A stretch of 64,000 nucleotides of DNA from the NCBI GenBank assembly GCA_001824435.1, contig MHXH01000016.1, positions 14,970-78,969 on the forward strand, given 5' to 3'. The stretch is from Parcubacteria group bacterium RIFCSPLOWO2_01_FULL_48_18 (GTDB lineage: Bacteria > Patescibacteriota > Minisyncoccia > UBA6257 > WO2-01-48-18). A program made the position numbers and the translations under genes. The notes below the pieces were generated by a model that saw only the letters and a list, made by a program, of their open reading frames with translations, did no database searches and was not told the DNA's origin. How positions within the stretch are numbered: the first letter of the stretch is position 1; every line of letters starts with the position of its first letter. This document shows, in pieces, positions 37,135 through 48,105 of this stretch.

Positions 37135-37812
37135 CTATGGTCCGCCCCCTATATATGCATCGGGTTCGGCGAATTTGACGATATTCTTTCTTTGAAACGC
37201 CTCGATCCAGCGATCCTCTTCTCCGGCGGGAACTCGCACCAGTCCCCAATTGAAGTTTGGCGCGCCGACAACCGGTTCCGGAAAATGCGGTTCCCATGTC
37301 AGCTGGAATGAACGAACGACGTTGTGCGCTTGCTCGACCGTTGCGTCCTCTTTAAATACCACGATAATTTGTCCCTCTTTGTACGCCTTTGCCGGTAGAT
37401 CCGCGTCGACTGTCTTCAATTTTTCGAAATAATATACTGCGGAACCCATTCCCGAAACAGTCAGGGCTATTAGTATATAAAACGCCGTAATTTTTACCGC
37501 TTGAGGTCGTAATGCTCGAGATGCGCCGTATAAAATAAGCGTAGTGATTAGCAGATCAACGGTGATATAGTATAGCGGCGGTGGCATGTACCGGCACATT
37601 TGAATTGCAGCCGGTGTATAATCTGGACGCCCGAATGGGTATAAGAATCCGAATGGCGGCGCAGCGTTTCCGCAAGGAACCGCCAAGAAGAAATAGGAGG
37701 CGCCAATGACTACCGCGTCGAACAGGAATAACACGAAAAAAGCACGATCCAATTTTGTCGGAAACATTCGCCATAGCAGATGCAACACGTTGTACAATGA
37801 TTTGGTATTCAT
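37135..37812 (-). CDS. Membrane protein with C-terminal subtilase-propeptide-like domain
   Basis: Three TM helices then YKEGQIIVVFKEDAT...VKFAEPD. Confidence 0.6.
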   Translation of the reverse strand: MNTKSLYNVLHLLWRMFPTKLDRAFFVLFLFDAVVIGASYFFLAVPCGNAAPPFGFLYPFGRPDYTPAAIQMCRYMPPPLYYITVDLLITTLILYGASRALRPQAVKITAFYILIALTVSGMGSAVYYFEKLKTVDADLPAKAYKEGQIIVVFKEDATVEQAHNVVRSFQLTWEPHFPEPVVGAPNFNWGLVRVPAGEEDRWIEAFQRKNIVKFAEPDAYIGGGP

Positions 37813-38369
37813 TGGTTGTTAAGCAATTGATACACGCCTTTTTCAACCCACGGTGCGCGTCAGCATTCTTTATTGCTGCCCCGAGGCTGTTGCCATAAGT
37901 TGTTTTTTCCGATTCCCGTTTAACCTTGATTATGGTTTTCCCCATCCGGATCTGCCGAGCTGCCGTTCTCCACCTAATAATTTTATCTGATCCGTATTCG
38001 CGTTGCAAGGCGATCGTTCCGTTATTCACCGGACTCGGTGCAAAGACTTGATAGTATAAAATATGATGCTATGCTGTTCTTGGAATTGCAAACCGAGCAA
38101 TTATGCGAGGCGTCCATGAGGAATCTCATGAGGAAGTTAAGGAGGCCTTCGCCCAAGAAAGAATGGAGGGAGTTGTTTTAGTGCCAATTCAATAAGTGGT
38201 TTGGCATTTTTTTCATAGGCCGCTTAACTCGATAGCCCCGCGTCAGCTTGCCGCGTGGAACCCCTTGAAGGGCTTGGCAGGGTATGGTATGATACGGAGG
38301 TAAAGGCATGGTAATGGTAGCTGTAACGCATGTTCATTTCTGTCCCGACCCATCGGGATTTTAATTTTA

Positions 38370-38515
38370 ACCGACGCTAAATTTTAAATGCGAAAAACGC
38401 GAAACCGATGCTAAATCCGCCAGCCGGCGGATATAAATGCGAAACAGCCTTTTTGATATTTCGCGTGAGCGGTTTTCGTATCGGCGTACGCGTGAACGCT
38501 TTTTCGCATCGACGG
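38370..38515. repeat. Inverted low-period repeat region with REP-like palindrome in the nusA leader
   Basis: ATGCGAAA/ACGCGAAA units vs TTTCGCGT/TTTCGTAT/TTTCGCAT; TCCGCCAGCCGGCGGA at 38416-38431. Confidence 0.55.
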
Positions 38516-38516
38516 T

Positions 38517-39938
38517 ATGGTTATAAAAGAATTCGTTAGAGCGATTGATCAAATCGCCCAAGAAAAAGGAATACCGAAAGAGCGCGTGGTCGAGACCATA
38601 GAGGCTGCGCTTGCGGCGGCGTATAAGAAAGAATACGGAAAGCGCGGAGAGGTTATCCGCGCCCATCTTGATTTTGGAAATAACGCCATCCAGTTCAGAC
38701 AGATAAAGATAGCGGTAGATAAAGACTCGGTGCGCATTATTGAGGAAGGTGAAAGGGCGCAGGCGCCGAAATTGATGCAATCAATCGAGGAAGTTTCCGA
38801 GCAGGTTGAAGCTCGCGCCAGCGAACAGGAAGAAGGAGAGAAAAAACTGAGATACAATCCGGACCGCCATATTTTTATTGAAGAAGCGCGGGCGATCAAG
38901 CCGGATGCCCAGCTTGAAGAGGAAATCGAATTTCCTCTTGAAACTCACGAGGATTTTGGCAGAATCGCGGCGCAGACGGCCAAACAGGTGGTCATTCAAA
39001 AGCTGCGCGAAGCAGAGCGCCTGTCGCTTTTTGAAGAATACAGAAACAAAGAGGGTCAGCTCATCAGCGGCATTGTTCAGAATTTCGAGCGGGGAAATGT
39101 GTATATCAATCTTGGTAAGACGACCGGAGTGATGTTCGGGAATGAAACGATTCCGGTGGAACGATATAGTCCGGGCCAGAGGCTTAGGTTTTACGTATTG
39201 GGCGTTCAGGAGGAAGGGAGGCTTCCGGGCGTGATTTTATCCCGAGCTCATCCGAAATTCGTGGAAAAATTGTTTGAATTGGAAGTGCCGGAAATCGCAG
39301 AAGGGGTGGTTGAGGCGAAAGCGATTGCGCGGGAGCCGGGCAACCGGACCAAAATCGCTGTCGCGTCCAAGGATGAGCACATAGATCCCGTGGGTTCGTG
39401 CGTGGGCCAGCGAGGCAGCCGCGTCATGGCGGTGATTAATGAGCTTGGCCAGGAAAAGATTGATATTATTCCGTGGTCTGACGATCCGGCGAAATTCGTG
39501 GCCAATGCTCTTTCTCCGGCGAAGGTGAAACGTGTGGAAATTCGCCCGCGCCGCGAGGCGCTGGTGTATGTCGGAGAAGACCAGTTGAGTCTTGCTATCG
39601 GAAGGGGCGGGCAGAATGTGCGGCTCGCGGCCAAGTTGACCGGATGGAAGATCGACGTTCGCTCACAGGCCGAGCCGGAAAAGGTTCAAGAAGGAGGAAT
39701 TGCGCAGAGCGAAGAGGAGAAGGCAACGGAAATTGAAAAAGAGAAGAGCGAGAAGGAAGAATTCGACTTGGGCTCGCTTCCCGGGGTAGGACCAAAAGGA
39801 GTAGGGGCGCTCCGGTCCGCAGGCCTTGGATCCCTAGAAAAGCTACAGGCAGCCACCAAAGAGGAATTGCTTGTAGTAGAGGGGGTCGGAGAAAAGACAG
39901 CGCAAAAAATCCTCGATCATCTACGACAGCTAAAATAA
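38517..39938 (+). CDS. nusA: Transcription factor NusA
   Basis: FGRIAAQTAKQV, AREPGNRTKIAV, LAIGRGGQNVRLAAKLTGWKID, C-terminal HhH. Confidence 0.97.
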   Translation: MVIKEFVRAIDQIAQEKGIPKERVVETIEAALAAAYKKEYGKRGEVIRAHLDFGNNAIQFRQIKIAVDKDSVRIIEEGERAQAPKLMQSIEEVSEQVEARASEQEEGEKKLRYNPDRHIFIEEARAIKPDAQLEEEIEFPLETHEDFGRIAAQTAKQVVIQKLREAERLSLFEEYRNKEGQLISGIVQNFERGNVYINLGKTTGVMFGNETIPVERYSPGQRLRFYVLGVQEEGRLPGVILSRAHPKFVEKLFELEVPEIAEGVVEAKAIAREPGNRTKIAVASKDEHIDPVGSCVGQRGSRVMAVINELGQEKIDIIPWSDDPAKFVANALSPAKVKRVEIRPRREALVYVGEDQLSLAIGRGGQNVRLAAKLTGWKIDVRSQAEPEKVQEGGIAQSEEEKATEIEKEKSEKEEFDLGSLPGVGPKGVGALRSAGLGSLEKLQAATKEELLVVEGVGEKTAQKILDHLRQLK

Positions 39939-40015
39939 TGATCCTTGGTCGCTGACTACTAACCTATCCGTTTCGGAGTCGATGGGTTTTCGTCAGGGGC
40001 CGAAAGTTAATACGT

Positions 40016-41992
40016 ATGTTCTACGATTATCTTCCTATCGTTGCGTCGCTTCTTGCCGTTCTGTACGGCATATACTTGATTCGCTGGGTTTTGATCCGTC
40101 CCGCCGGAGACGAGAGAATGCGTAAGATAAGTGCCGCGATCCAGAAAGGATCGATTGCGTACTTGAACAGGCAATACCGTGCCGTGGGGGTCGCGGGCTT
40201 GGTTATTCTGGTGGCGCTCGTTGCCGCATTCGATATGATGATGGGCATTGCGTTTGTCGTCGGCGCAGGCCTTTCTGCGGCAGCGGGTTATCTGGGAATG
40301 ATGGTGGCGGTGCGATCGAATACGAGAACCGCCGAAGCGGCGAAAACCGGCCTGTCGCCGGCTATGGCGGTCGCGTTTCGCGCGGGATCGGTAACCGGAT
40401 TTTTCGTCGTGGCACTTTCACTGCTCGCGGTTGGTGGATTTTACCTTGCCACGAAAAATCCATTCTCGCTGATCGGGCTGGGGCTTGGCGCGAGTCTTAT
40501 TTCGATATTTGCTCGTTTGGGCGGCGGCATCTTTACGAAAGCAGCTGACGTGGGAGCGGATTTGGTGGGTAAGGTAGAGGCAGGAATTCCGGAAGACGAC
40601 CCCCGTAACCCGGCGGTTATCGCAGATAACGTAGGAGATAACGTGGGTGATTGCGCGGGAATGGCAGCAGACCTTTTTGAAACGTATGCGGTTACTATGA
40701 TTGCGGCAATTCTGCTTGGAAACAGCATATTCAATGGATCGGAGTATGCCCTGGCCCTTCCGCTGCTTATTGGCGCCGCGGCGATCGTTGCATCTGTGGC
40801 AGGGTCGCTGTTTGTGAAGTTGGATAAAGGTAATTCCATCATGGGCGCTTTGTATAAAGGCCTTGTCGCTTCGTCGGTATTTGCCGCGCTTCTGTTTATT
40901 CCCGTGGTGAATTGGACTTTCCCCGATAACTTTTCTGATGTTTATCTAAGCGCGCTTATCGGCCTGGCGGTCACCGGAGCCATGGTGTGGGTGACGGATT
41001 ATTATACCGCGAAGCGGTTTCGGCCGGTCGGTTCTATTGCAAAGGCATCTCAATCCGGGCATGCGACAAACATCATTATGGGCCTTTCGGTCGGCATGGA
41101 ATCGACGACGCTGCCGATTATCATCATCGTCGCGGGGATTCTAGCGAGTTACGGGCTTGCGGGGATATATGGCGTGGCGGTTGCCGCAGTGGCTATGCTT
41201 TCGGTTGCCGGGATGATCATTGCCATCGATTCATTCGGCCCGATTACCGACAACGCGGGCGGCATTGCGGAAATGGCCGATTTGCCAAAGAGCGTGCGTG
41301 AAATCACTGATAATCTCGATGCGGTGGGCAATACGACTAAAGCAGTGACCAAGGGATATGCGATTGCCTCTGCCGGGCTTGCCGCGATCGTGTTATTCGC
41401 CGGCTATGCTGAGGAGTTGGCTGCCAAAGGAAAGGATGCGGTCTTTCGATTAGATGATCCGTACGTGCTGGCAGGGCTTTTTGTGGGCGGTGCCATTCCT
41501 TATCTTTTTGCCTCGATTGCAATGAGAGCAGTCGGCCGGACCGCAGGATCGGTTGTGGAAGAGGTGCGGCGGCAGTTTAAGGAAATTTCTGGAATTATGG
41601 AGTATAAGAATGAGCCGGATTATGCCCGCGCAGTTGACATTGTGACGCGAGCGGCGCTGAAAGAGATGGTTGTGCCTTCGCTTATGCCAATCGCTGTAGT
41701 TTTGCTGGTAGGCCTAACGCTCGGCGCAGAAGCCCTTGGAGGATTGCTTATCGGCTCGATTATTTCGGGTCTCTTCGTCGCAATCGCGATGACTTCCGGA
41801 GGAGCCGCATGGGATAACGCGAAAAAGCTTATCGAATCCGGGGGGTACGGCGGCAAGGGGTCAGAAGCGCACAAGGCAGCGGTGACTGGTGATACGGTCG
41901 GCGATCCGTATAAAGACACCGCAGGACCGGCGATAAATCCATTGATTAAGGTGATTAATATCGTCGCCCTACTCTTGGTTCCATTCTTATAA
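40016..41992 (+). CDS. hppA: Membrane-bound pyrophosphatase (probably K+-independent H+ pump)
   Basis: [37 protein letters not shown] (Lys at the K+-determinant position). Confidence 0.95.
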   Translation: MFYDYLPIVASLLAVLYGIYLIRWVLIRPAGDERMRKISAAIQKGSIAYLNRQYRAVGVAGLVILVALVAAFDMMMGIAFVVGAGLSAAAGYLGMMVAVRSNTRTAEAAKTGLSPAMAVAFRAGSVTGFFVVALSLLAVGGFYLATKNPFSLIGLGLGASLISIFARLGGGIFTKAADVGADLVGKVEAGIPEDDPRNPAVIADNVGDNVGDCAGMAADLFETYAVTMIAAILLGNSIFNGSEYALALPLLIGAAAIVASVAGSLFVKLDKGNSIMGALYKGLVASSVFAALLFIPVVNWTFPDNFSDVYLSALIGLAVTGAMVWVTDYYTAKRFRPVGSIAKASQSGHATNIIMGLSVGMESTTLPIIIIVAGILASYGLAGIYGVAVAAVAMLSVAGMIIAIDSFGPITDNAGGIAEMADLPKSVREITDNLDAVGNTTKAVTKGYAIASAGLAAIVLFAGYAEELAAKGKDAVFRLDDPYVLAGLFVGGAIPYLFASIAMRAVGRTAGSVVEEVRRQFKEISGIMEYKNEPDYARAVDIVTRAALKEMVVPSLMPIAVVLLVGLTLGAEALGGLLIGSIISGLFVAIAMTSGGAAWDNAKKLIESGGYGGKGSEAHKAAVTGDTVGDPYKDTAGPAINPLIKVINIVALLLVPFL

Positions 41993-42074
41993 ACATAAAA
42001 CCCGACCTAGTTGAAAAACAAAAACTTATTTGTTAAATTTTATAAAAGGCCAGTGATAGTAGCGTAGAAATATT

Positions 42075-42380
42075 ATGAGCAATGACGAAAGCGAAGCAAA
42101 ACCAAGATCCGATATTATAGATCTCCTAGAGTCAGCACAAGGTTTACACACAACGGATGAACGCGGGACGCCGTCAGGATTTGATTTAAAACAAAGGATT
42201 TCCGAGGTCGCATCAATTATCGAAACTGTTCTAGATATTCAAAGGGGGGTTGACGGCGGTGATATATTGAGAGCGGCTAAGGGTTTCCTAGAAAAGGTGG
42301 ATAACCCGACGTTGCCGCGTCAACTTCGTGATCGACTTTCTGACGCAATCATGCGAGCAGAAAATGGGATAGAAGACTAA
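42075..42380 (+). CDS. Hypothetical protein
   Basis: 101 aa ORF co-oriented with neighbours. Confidence 0.6.
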   Translation: MSNDESEAKPRSDIIDLLESAQGLHTTDERGTPSGFDLKQRISEVASIIETVLDIQRGVDGGDILRAAKGFLEKVDNPTLPRQLRDRLSDAIMRAENGIED

Positions 42381-42464
42381 AATTAGTTTTGATTTTGTTA
42401 AAAACATGGAAATTTTTTAAAGATCGAATCAGGTTATCTTATTAATCAATTAGGTAATAAAAAC

Positions 42465-42812
42465 ATGGGATTTTCTGGAGAAAAATATTCTAAGGAGGTA
42501 TATGAAGAAGCAGAAGAGGAAGCGCGTGGCGCCGAACGCTCTTATCAAGATAGGGGCACCATAACCGGAATGAGTAGGGAAGCGGCACAAAGAATCTATG
42601 ATGGGCTTTGGGAGAATGCAGCTAAAGCAAGAAGTAGAGTGGAAAGGTTGTATGCGAAGGGTCAGGCAGAAGCGATTGCTCTTAATGAACAATATGAACG
42701 TCTTCGAACTCAAGCTCAAGAAGCGATTAAAGCTCTCGCGGACTTTGAGCGGGAAAAGCTTGGCATGCATAAAGAAGAACCCAGCTCTTCTAGCGAAAAC
42801 GGGGAAAACTAA
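42465..42812 (+). CDS. Hypothetical coiled-coil protein
   Basis: 115 aa ORF, Glu/Ala/Arg-rich. Confidence 0.6.
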   Translation: MGFSGEKYSKEVYEEAEEEARGAERSYQDRGTITGMSREAAQRIYDGLWENAAKARSRVERLYAKGQAEAIALNEQYERLRTQAQEAIKALADFEREKLGMHKEEPSSSSENGEN

Positions 42813-42830
42813 TTTTAGGGCAGACACAAA

Positions 42831-43412
42831 ATGAATCTTATCCCAACCGTCATCGAAAAGACAAATCTCGGCGAACGAGCGTATGACATCTATTCGCGGC
42901 TTTTAAAAGAGCGGATTGTTTTCCTCGGGGGACCGATTATAGATCCGGTGGCTAACACGATCATTGCCCAACTCCTGTTTTTAGAACACGAGGACCCCAA
43001 GAAAGACATCGATCTTTATATCAATACCCCGGGCGGCTCGGTTACGGCCGGCCTTGCGATCTATGATGCAATGCAGTATGTCAAACCCGATGTGCGTACC
43101 ATCTGCATCGGTATGGCCGCTTCAATGGGAGCGGTGCTTTTGGCCGCGGGCGCAAAGGGGAAACGGGTTGTCCTCCCGAATTCCGAAATCTTGCTGCATC
43201 AGGTGATGGGCGGCGCCGAAGGACAAGCTATAGAGATCGAAATTACCGCTAAACACATCGTTGCAATTAAAGAAAAACTGAATCGCATTTTGGCGAAGCA
43301 TACCGGCCAGTCGCTCGATAAAATTGAACGCGACACCGACCGCGATTTTTATCTTTCGGCGGAAGAAGCCAAAAAATACGGCCTCATCGATCAGATTATT
43401 AAAACGAAGTAG
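42831..43412 (+). CDS. clpP: ATP-dependent Clp protease proteolytic subunit
   Basis: [29 protein letters not shown]. Confidence 0.97.
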   Translation: MNLIPTVIEKTNLGERAYDIYSRLLKERIVFLGGPIIDPVANTIIAQLLFLEHEDPKKDIDLYINTPGGSVTAGLAIYDAMQYVKPDVRTICIGMAASMGAVLLAAGAKGKRVVLPNSEILLHQVMGGAEGQAIEIEITAKHIVAIKEKLNRILAKHTGQSLDKIERDTDRDFYLSAEEAKKYGLIDQIIKTK

Positions 43413-43440
43413 TTTTAAAATTTGTCAGCGGCGCAAAAGG

Positions 43441-43472
43441 AAATCCGCCCCGGAATTGAGGGCGGTTTCTTA
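43441..43472. terminator. Bidirectional intrinsic terminator
   Basis: AAATCCGCCC-cggaattga-GGGCGGTTTCTT between convergent genes. Confidence 0.6.
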
Positions 43473-44120
43473 TTGTGCAGGGAACGCTTTGGTGGCGAAC
43501 GTTAGTATGCCGGCGCGCTCGAGTTCTAGGATGAGTTCTTTTTGGTCTGCGTTGTCTTTGAGGTACTGCGCCCGTTTTTCTTCGGGCGAGAGGAGCTTGC
43601 CGGATCTCTCGTTGTCTCTGGTCATGAGGGCGTCGTAGTAGTCTGCGAGCGCAAGTATTCTGCCGTGCGCCATGAAGATTTGTTCCTTGTCCCGGGCGAA
43701 AGATTCTGTGGGCCGCGGAACTGTTTGTGGATATGGATGCTGGCTGAACCGGTGATGATATTTCATAATGTGGGCGCTCCAGACGTTTTTCCATTGCATC
43801 AGCAAACGGAATCCTATTTCTACATGCGGTTCCATATTTTTTCTGTCGTCGTCGGTGAAGCGGTCTTTTTTCGCGAGGAGGGCATTGTCTATGAGCGCTT
43901 TGCCGATGTCGTGAAATAATCCTGCCCACAAAAGCGCCTTGGCGTTCATGTCGAGGTATGCACCGATTTGCGCCGCGAGGGTTCCTACGCGTATCGAGTG
44001 GCGGTAAGTTGCCTCATCGTGCTCTTTGAGAATATTCAAGTGTTCGATGATAAGAGGCCAGCGGTCGGGGTTTACGCTATGGCGGGAAAGCGTCTCTGTA
44101 AGGAGGCGCTCTTCTTCCAT
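43470..44120 (-). CDS. HD-domain (HD-GYP-like) phosphohydrolase
   Basis: TYRHSIRV, FHDIGK, HHRF, LADYYDAL; SD GGAGG before ATG 44120. Confidence 0.85.
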   Translation of the reverse strand: MEEERLLTETLSRHSVNPDRWPLIIEHLNILKEHDEATYRHSIRVGTLAAQIGAYLDMNAKALLWAGLFHDIGKALIDNALLAKKDRFTDDDRKNMEPHVEIGFRLLMQWKNVWSAHIMKYHHRFSQHPYPQTVPRPTESFARDKEQIFMAHGRILALADYYDALMTRDNERSGKLLSPEEKRAQYLKDNADQKELILELERAGILTFATKAFPAQ

Positions 44121-44362
44121 TGGTACCTCCTTTTCAAGTTGTTCGGGTGTAGACACGGTTGTTGCACAGAAGATGCGGTTACTGAATACCAGTATAATAA
44201 AACTTATGCGCTGTTTCAACTTGGCACGCCGAGGTTATTGTGCCAAACAAAAAGTTTTTTGGAAACGATCCATCGCCGCCAGCCCGCCCTTCCTTAATAT
44301 TATAACACGGGGGGGCCTATGCGGATAAAAAATGACCGCCATCGGGGCGGTCTTCCGGCTCT

Positions 44363-45445
44363 CTAATATGAGAAAATGTTTCTTCCTAGCGTGATGGAGG
44401 GATTATTCTCCTTGTCGTTGGTTGAGACAATGAATTTTTCCGACGGATTCGCAAGGAATGCGTCGGCCGCAGCGTCGTAAAGCCGAGGGACGATTCTGTC
44501 GAAATAGGGATAATAGAGAGGGAATAGTTCAACGTCTATCTCCTTGAGGAAGTTTTTTGCCCGCGATCTGCTCATCGGTTCGGGAACGCGGAGGTTATCC
44601 ACATTTGGTTGGATTAAAATAATGGCGGCTCCTTCGGCAATTGCGCAGCGCAGCTGGTTTGTTATGAGTACTCGTACGTTGTCGCGGATATAATGGAGGA
44701 GCTTGCGAGAGAGGGATTCGTCGTCCGGCGGAGGATCCCAGTTGTAGGTTATCATGTGCGCGAGAATGACGAGTTCTTTTGGATCGCTCCCGCCGTTTTT
44801 GCGAGCTTGAATGATAGAAGTCGTAGGAAGGGGTTCGAGGCGTGCCGCATCGCTGTAAGCGACCCCATCGATCCATTGAGGCCCAAAATAGACCGGATGT
44901 GCCGATGATGCAACTACCGCAGAAGAGATGGTTGTCTCCGGCGTGCTATCCGGAGAGAAAACAGTTGCCTTGCCCCCGTGGTCTTTGTTGCTTGGAGTGG
45001 CAAGTATGGAGAAGCGAGGAAACGACATTGAGAACCTATCCCGTTCCGGTGTTATGGTGCTCCGGATGAGAAATCGGAAATGGTCTCCGTTCACGATCCC
45101 GGCCCTCTTTCCAAATGCTCGTTGTAATCCCCGCAAGGCAAGATTGACCGTTGAGAGCGTTTTGGGGCCGACCATGTTTTTCAGCCTTGTCGACCGGAAG
45201 AGATTTTCCATACGGACCGGATCAAGGCCGGAACAGAAGAAGGCGGCAGAGATCGAACCGGCGGATGACCCCCAAACAGAAGAAATAAGATTTCTATGCG
45301 GCCAGAGGGGTTTTAAAAATGCTTGCGTGGATGCTAGCGCATGCATCGCACCAGCGCCGCAGCTTACCGCAGCCGTGAAGCCAGCCTCGTTGATGCGCCT
45401 GAGAAGCCGACCCGCTGCATCGGGCGGTACAGCCGTATCCGGCAT
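44363..45445 (-). CDS. Patatin-like phospholipase
   Basis: CGAGA, GSSAG nucleophile, ASSAHPVYF, YSDA. Confidence 0.8.
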   Translation of the reverse strand: MPDTAVPPDAAGRLLRRINEAGFTAAVSCGAGAMHALASTQAFLKPLWPHRNLISSVWGSSAGSISAAFFCSGLDPVRMENLFRSTRLKNMVGPKTLSTVNLALRGLQRAFGKRAGIVNGDHFRFLIRSTITPERDRFSMSFPRFSILATPSNKDHGGKATVFSPDSTPETTISSAVVASSAHPVYFGPQWIDGVAYSDAARLEPLPTTSIIQARKNGGSDPKELVILAHMITYNWDPPPDDESLSRKLLHYIRDNVRVLITNQLRCAIAEGAAIILIQPNVDNLRVPEPMSRSRAKNFLKEIDVELFPLYYPYFDRIVPRLYDAAADAFLANPSEKFIVSTNDKENNPSITLGRNIFSY

Positions 45446-45640
45446 ATCCGATCACCCCCTTGTATGAACGCGTGGTTACGCGCGAGAGAGAAGCCCATTT
45501 TCAAACCTCTGTCCCAATTATAGCTGAATGCAAAGAAAAAATCAAGCAGAATACAAGACTCATAGAATCTGCAAAAATAACATATTTCACCGTCGCCACT
45601 TGCACGTACGACGCATTTTGTTAGCATTAAAGCATAATCC

Positions 45641-48028
45641 ATGGATCGATTTTCTGCAAAGTTTCATGTAGCTCTTTTGTGCGGCGGCCCATCGCTTGAG
45701 CGGGGCATTTCCCTCAATTCTGCCCGGTCGGTAGTGGACCATCTCGAATCCGAAGAAATCTCCGTACAGCCAATCTATTTTGATTTCAGGAAAAATCCCT
45801 ACAAAATTTCAAGGGCGCAATTGTATTGCAACACTCCCTCTGATTTTGACTTCAAGTTGAACCGAACGGCAACGCCGTTCACGGAACGATCGCTTGTCCG
45901 TTTTCTCAGGGCGGTAGATATTATTTTCCCCGTTATGCACGGACCATTCGGCGAGGACGGCGAGATCCAGTCTTTTCTTGAACGGTATAACCTCCCGTTC
46001 GTCGGCTCAGGGGCAAAAACATGTAAAAAGGCCTTTGATAAATTTACTGCAAATGAATATATAAAACAGCACGGCTTTTTTACTTTGCCATCGGTTGTGC
46101 TCAAGATATATCATCACGATCATAAATACATTCTCGAAAGATTTTTCAAAGAGTATCGAGTCAAGCGTGCCGTGGTAAAACCCGCAAGCGGAGGATCGAG
46201 CATCGGGGTGTTTTCGGTATCCAGCGCTCGCGAAGCGCTGGAAAAATCGAACCTTCTTTTCTCGAGACGAATGGACACCCGTGTCGTAGTTGAACCCTTT
46301 GCCAAGGGGGCAGAGTTTACGACTGTCATGCTTGAAAATCGTTTCGGGCTGCCGGTTGCGTTGCCGCCCACCGAGATCGAAACCGACTATGCCGAGCATC
46401 AAATTTTCGATTTCAGGAAAAAATACCTGCCGACTCGCCAAGTAACATGGCATTGCCCCCCCAGATTTGATAATTGGACGATCGAAAAAATTCAAGCGCA
46501 GGCAGAACAACTGTTTGCGTTATTTCATATGCGCGATTTTGGCAGATTTGACGGTTGGGTACTGCCCGGCGGAGATATCTGGTTTTGCGATCTTAACCCG
46601 ATAAGCGGCATGGAGCAAAATAGTTTTCTGTTTCAGCAGGCATCGCGCATCGGCATGACGCACGGCGATGTGCTGCGTCACATTGTTAGAAGGGCATGCG
46701 AGAGATACGGCATAGATTTTCCAGAGATCGTCCTGAAGCCCCCCGCGCGCCGCAAAAAGGTAAATATCATAATGGGCGGCGACAATTCCGAAAGGCAGGT
46801 TTCTTTGATAAGCGGTACGAATGTATGGCTTAAGCTCCGCCGCTCCAAGCGGTACGAACCGCAGCCATATCTGTTGGATACCAGAGGTTATGTATGGCGG
46901 CTGCCCTATCATCTGTGTTTGAATCATACTGTTGAAGAAATTGCCGAGGATTGCGAGGGGTATCAATATACGAAGAACAGACTTGCTGTATTCGAAGAGC
47001 GCGCTCGGCTGCGATTGGGATTCTTGAAACCAAAAGACAAAGAAGAATTTTTTGAACCGAGCAAATTAGCGTTCAAGAAGTTCATTAAAACATCGGACCT
47101 CATTTTTATCGCCCTTCACGGAGGCGACGGAGAGAATGGAAATTTGCAGAAATTGCTTGGCGCGCAGGGAGTAAAGTTCAACGGTCCGTACGAAGAAGCG
47201 TCCCGACTTTGCATGGACAAGTGGGACACTGCAAGCTTTATCAACAACGCGGGTATCGCGGGCGTCAGTGCTATTCCAGGCAAAACGATTGAAACCCGTG
47301 CCGTGCTCCGGTTCGATGACCGGGGCATCAGATTATTCTGGCGAAAAACCAGGAAGGAGATTGGGGCAAAGACGTTGATCGTAAAGCCTCGCGCCGACGG
47401 TTGCACCACCGGAGTTGTTCATCTCCGCTCGCCGAACGACCTTAAAAAATACGCAGAGCTGCTCTTTAAAAAAGCGCCCGTTGTGCCGCGGCAGACATTT
47501 AGGGGGCAGAGGGATATTATAGAAATGCCTCCGGCCTTGCCCCGTGACCTGCTCTTCGAGAAATTTATTGAAACCGACGCATTGCGCGTTAAAGCCGGTA
47601 CGTTAAAATATCAGCGTCGCACGGGGTGGATTGAAATTACTGTCGGCATCGTTGAGATAGACGGCGAACTCAAGGTCCTTAGTCCAAGCATTACCGTGGT
47701 TGAGAGCGAAGTGTTAACCGTAGAGGAAAAGTTTCAGGGCGGCACCGGCGTCAACATTACGCCGCCGCCGCCGAGCATCATGAAACCGGCAGTACTCAAG
47801 AGGGTGAAGGACCTGATTGAGGAAGTCGCGCGCAAGATCGGCATCCGCGGTTATTCGCGGATTGACGCGTTTGCCAATGTTGACAGCGGCGACGCGTTGA
47901 TTATCGAGGTAAACACGCTGCCCGGCCTTACCCCTTCAACCGTTTTTTTTCACCAGGCGTTGGCAGAATCACCTCCGCTTTTTCCCGCGGAACTCCTGGA
48001 GATTTTGATCCGGAATAAAAGGTATTAA
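45641..48028 (+). CDS. ddl: Tandem double-domain D-alanine--D-alanine ligase family protein
   Basis: Two ATP-grasp repeats: GGPSLERGISL/HGPFGEDG and GGDNSERQVSL/HGGDGENG...EVNTLPGLT. Confidence 0.88.
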   Translation: MDRFSAKFHVALLCGGPSLERGISLNSARSVVDHLESEEISVQPIYFDFRKNPYKISRAQLYCNTPSDFDFKLNRTATPFTERSLVRFLRAVDIIFPVMHGPFGEDGEIQSFLERYNLPFVGSGAKTCKKAFDKFTANEYIKQHGFFTLPSVVLKIYHHDHKYILERFFKEYRVKRAVVKPASGGSSIGVFSVSSAREALEKSNLLFSRRMDTRVVVEPFAKGAEFTTVMLENRFGLPVALPPTEIETDYAEHQIFDFRKKYLPTRQVTWHCPPRFDNWTIEKIQAQAEQLFALFHMRDFGRFDGWVLPGGDIWFCDLNPISGMEQNSFLFQQASRIGMTHGDVLRHIVRRACERYGIDFPEIVLKPPARRKKVNIIMGGDNSERQVSLISGTNVWLKLRRSKRYEPQPYLLDTRGYVWRLPYHLCLNHTVEEIAEDCEGYQYTKNRLAVFEERARLRLGFLKPKDKEEFFEPSKLAFKKFIKTSDLIFIALHGGDGENGNLQKLLGAQGVKFNGPYEEASRLCMDKWDTASFINNAGIAGVSAIPGKTIETRAVLRFDDRGIRLFWRKTRKEIGAKTLIVKPRADGCTTGVVHLRSPNDLKKYAELLFKKAPVVPRQTFRGQRDIIEMPPALPRDLLFEKFIETDALRVKAGTLKYQRRTGWIEITVGIVEIDGELKVLSPSITVVESEVLTVEEKFQGGTGVNITPPPPSIMKPAVLKRVKDLIEEVARKIGIRGYSRIDAFANVDSGDALIIEVNTLPGLTPSTVFFHQALAESPPLFPAELLEILIRNKRY

Positions 48029-48105
48029 ACGGAAATATCCCAAACAGGTGGCGTCGTCTGGAAAGAGCATACACAGCATACCACTGATCGGGCTTTGCCT
48101 TCGAA

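Noticed and set aside
37556-38340. ORF 37556-38029, a 30-codon ORF near 38103, and a possible ncRNA in this gap
   Set aside because: No motif or convincing structure; cannot be supported from sequence alone.
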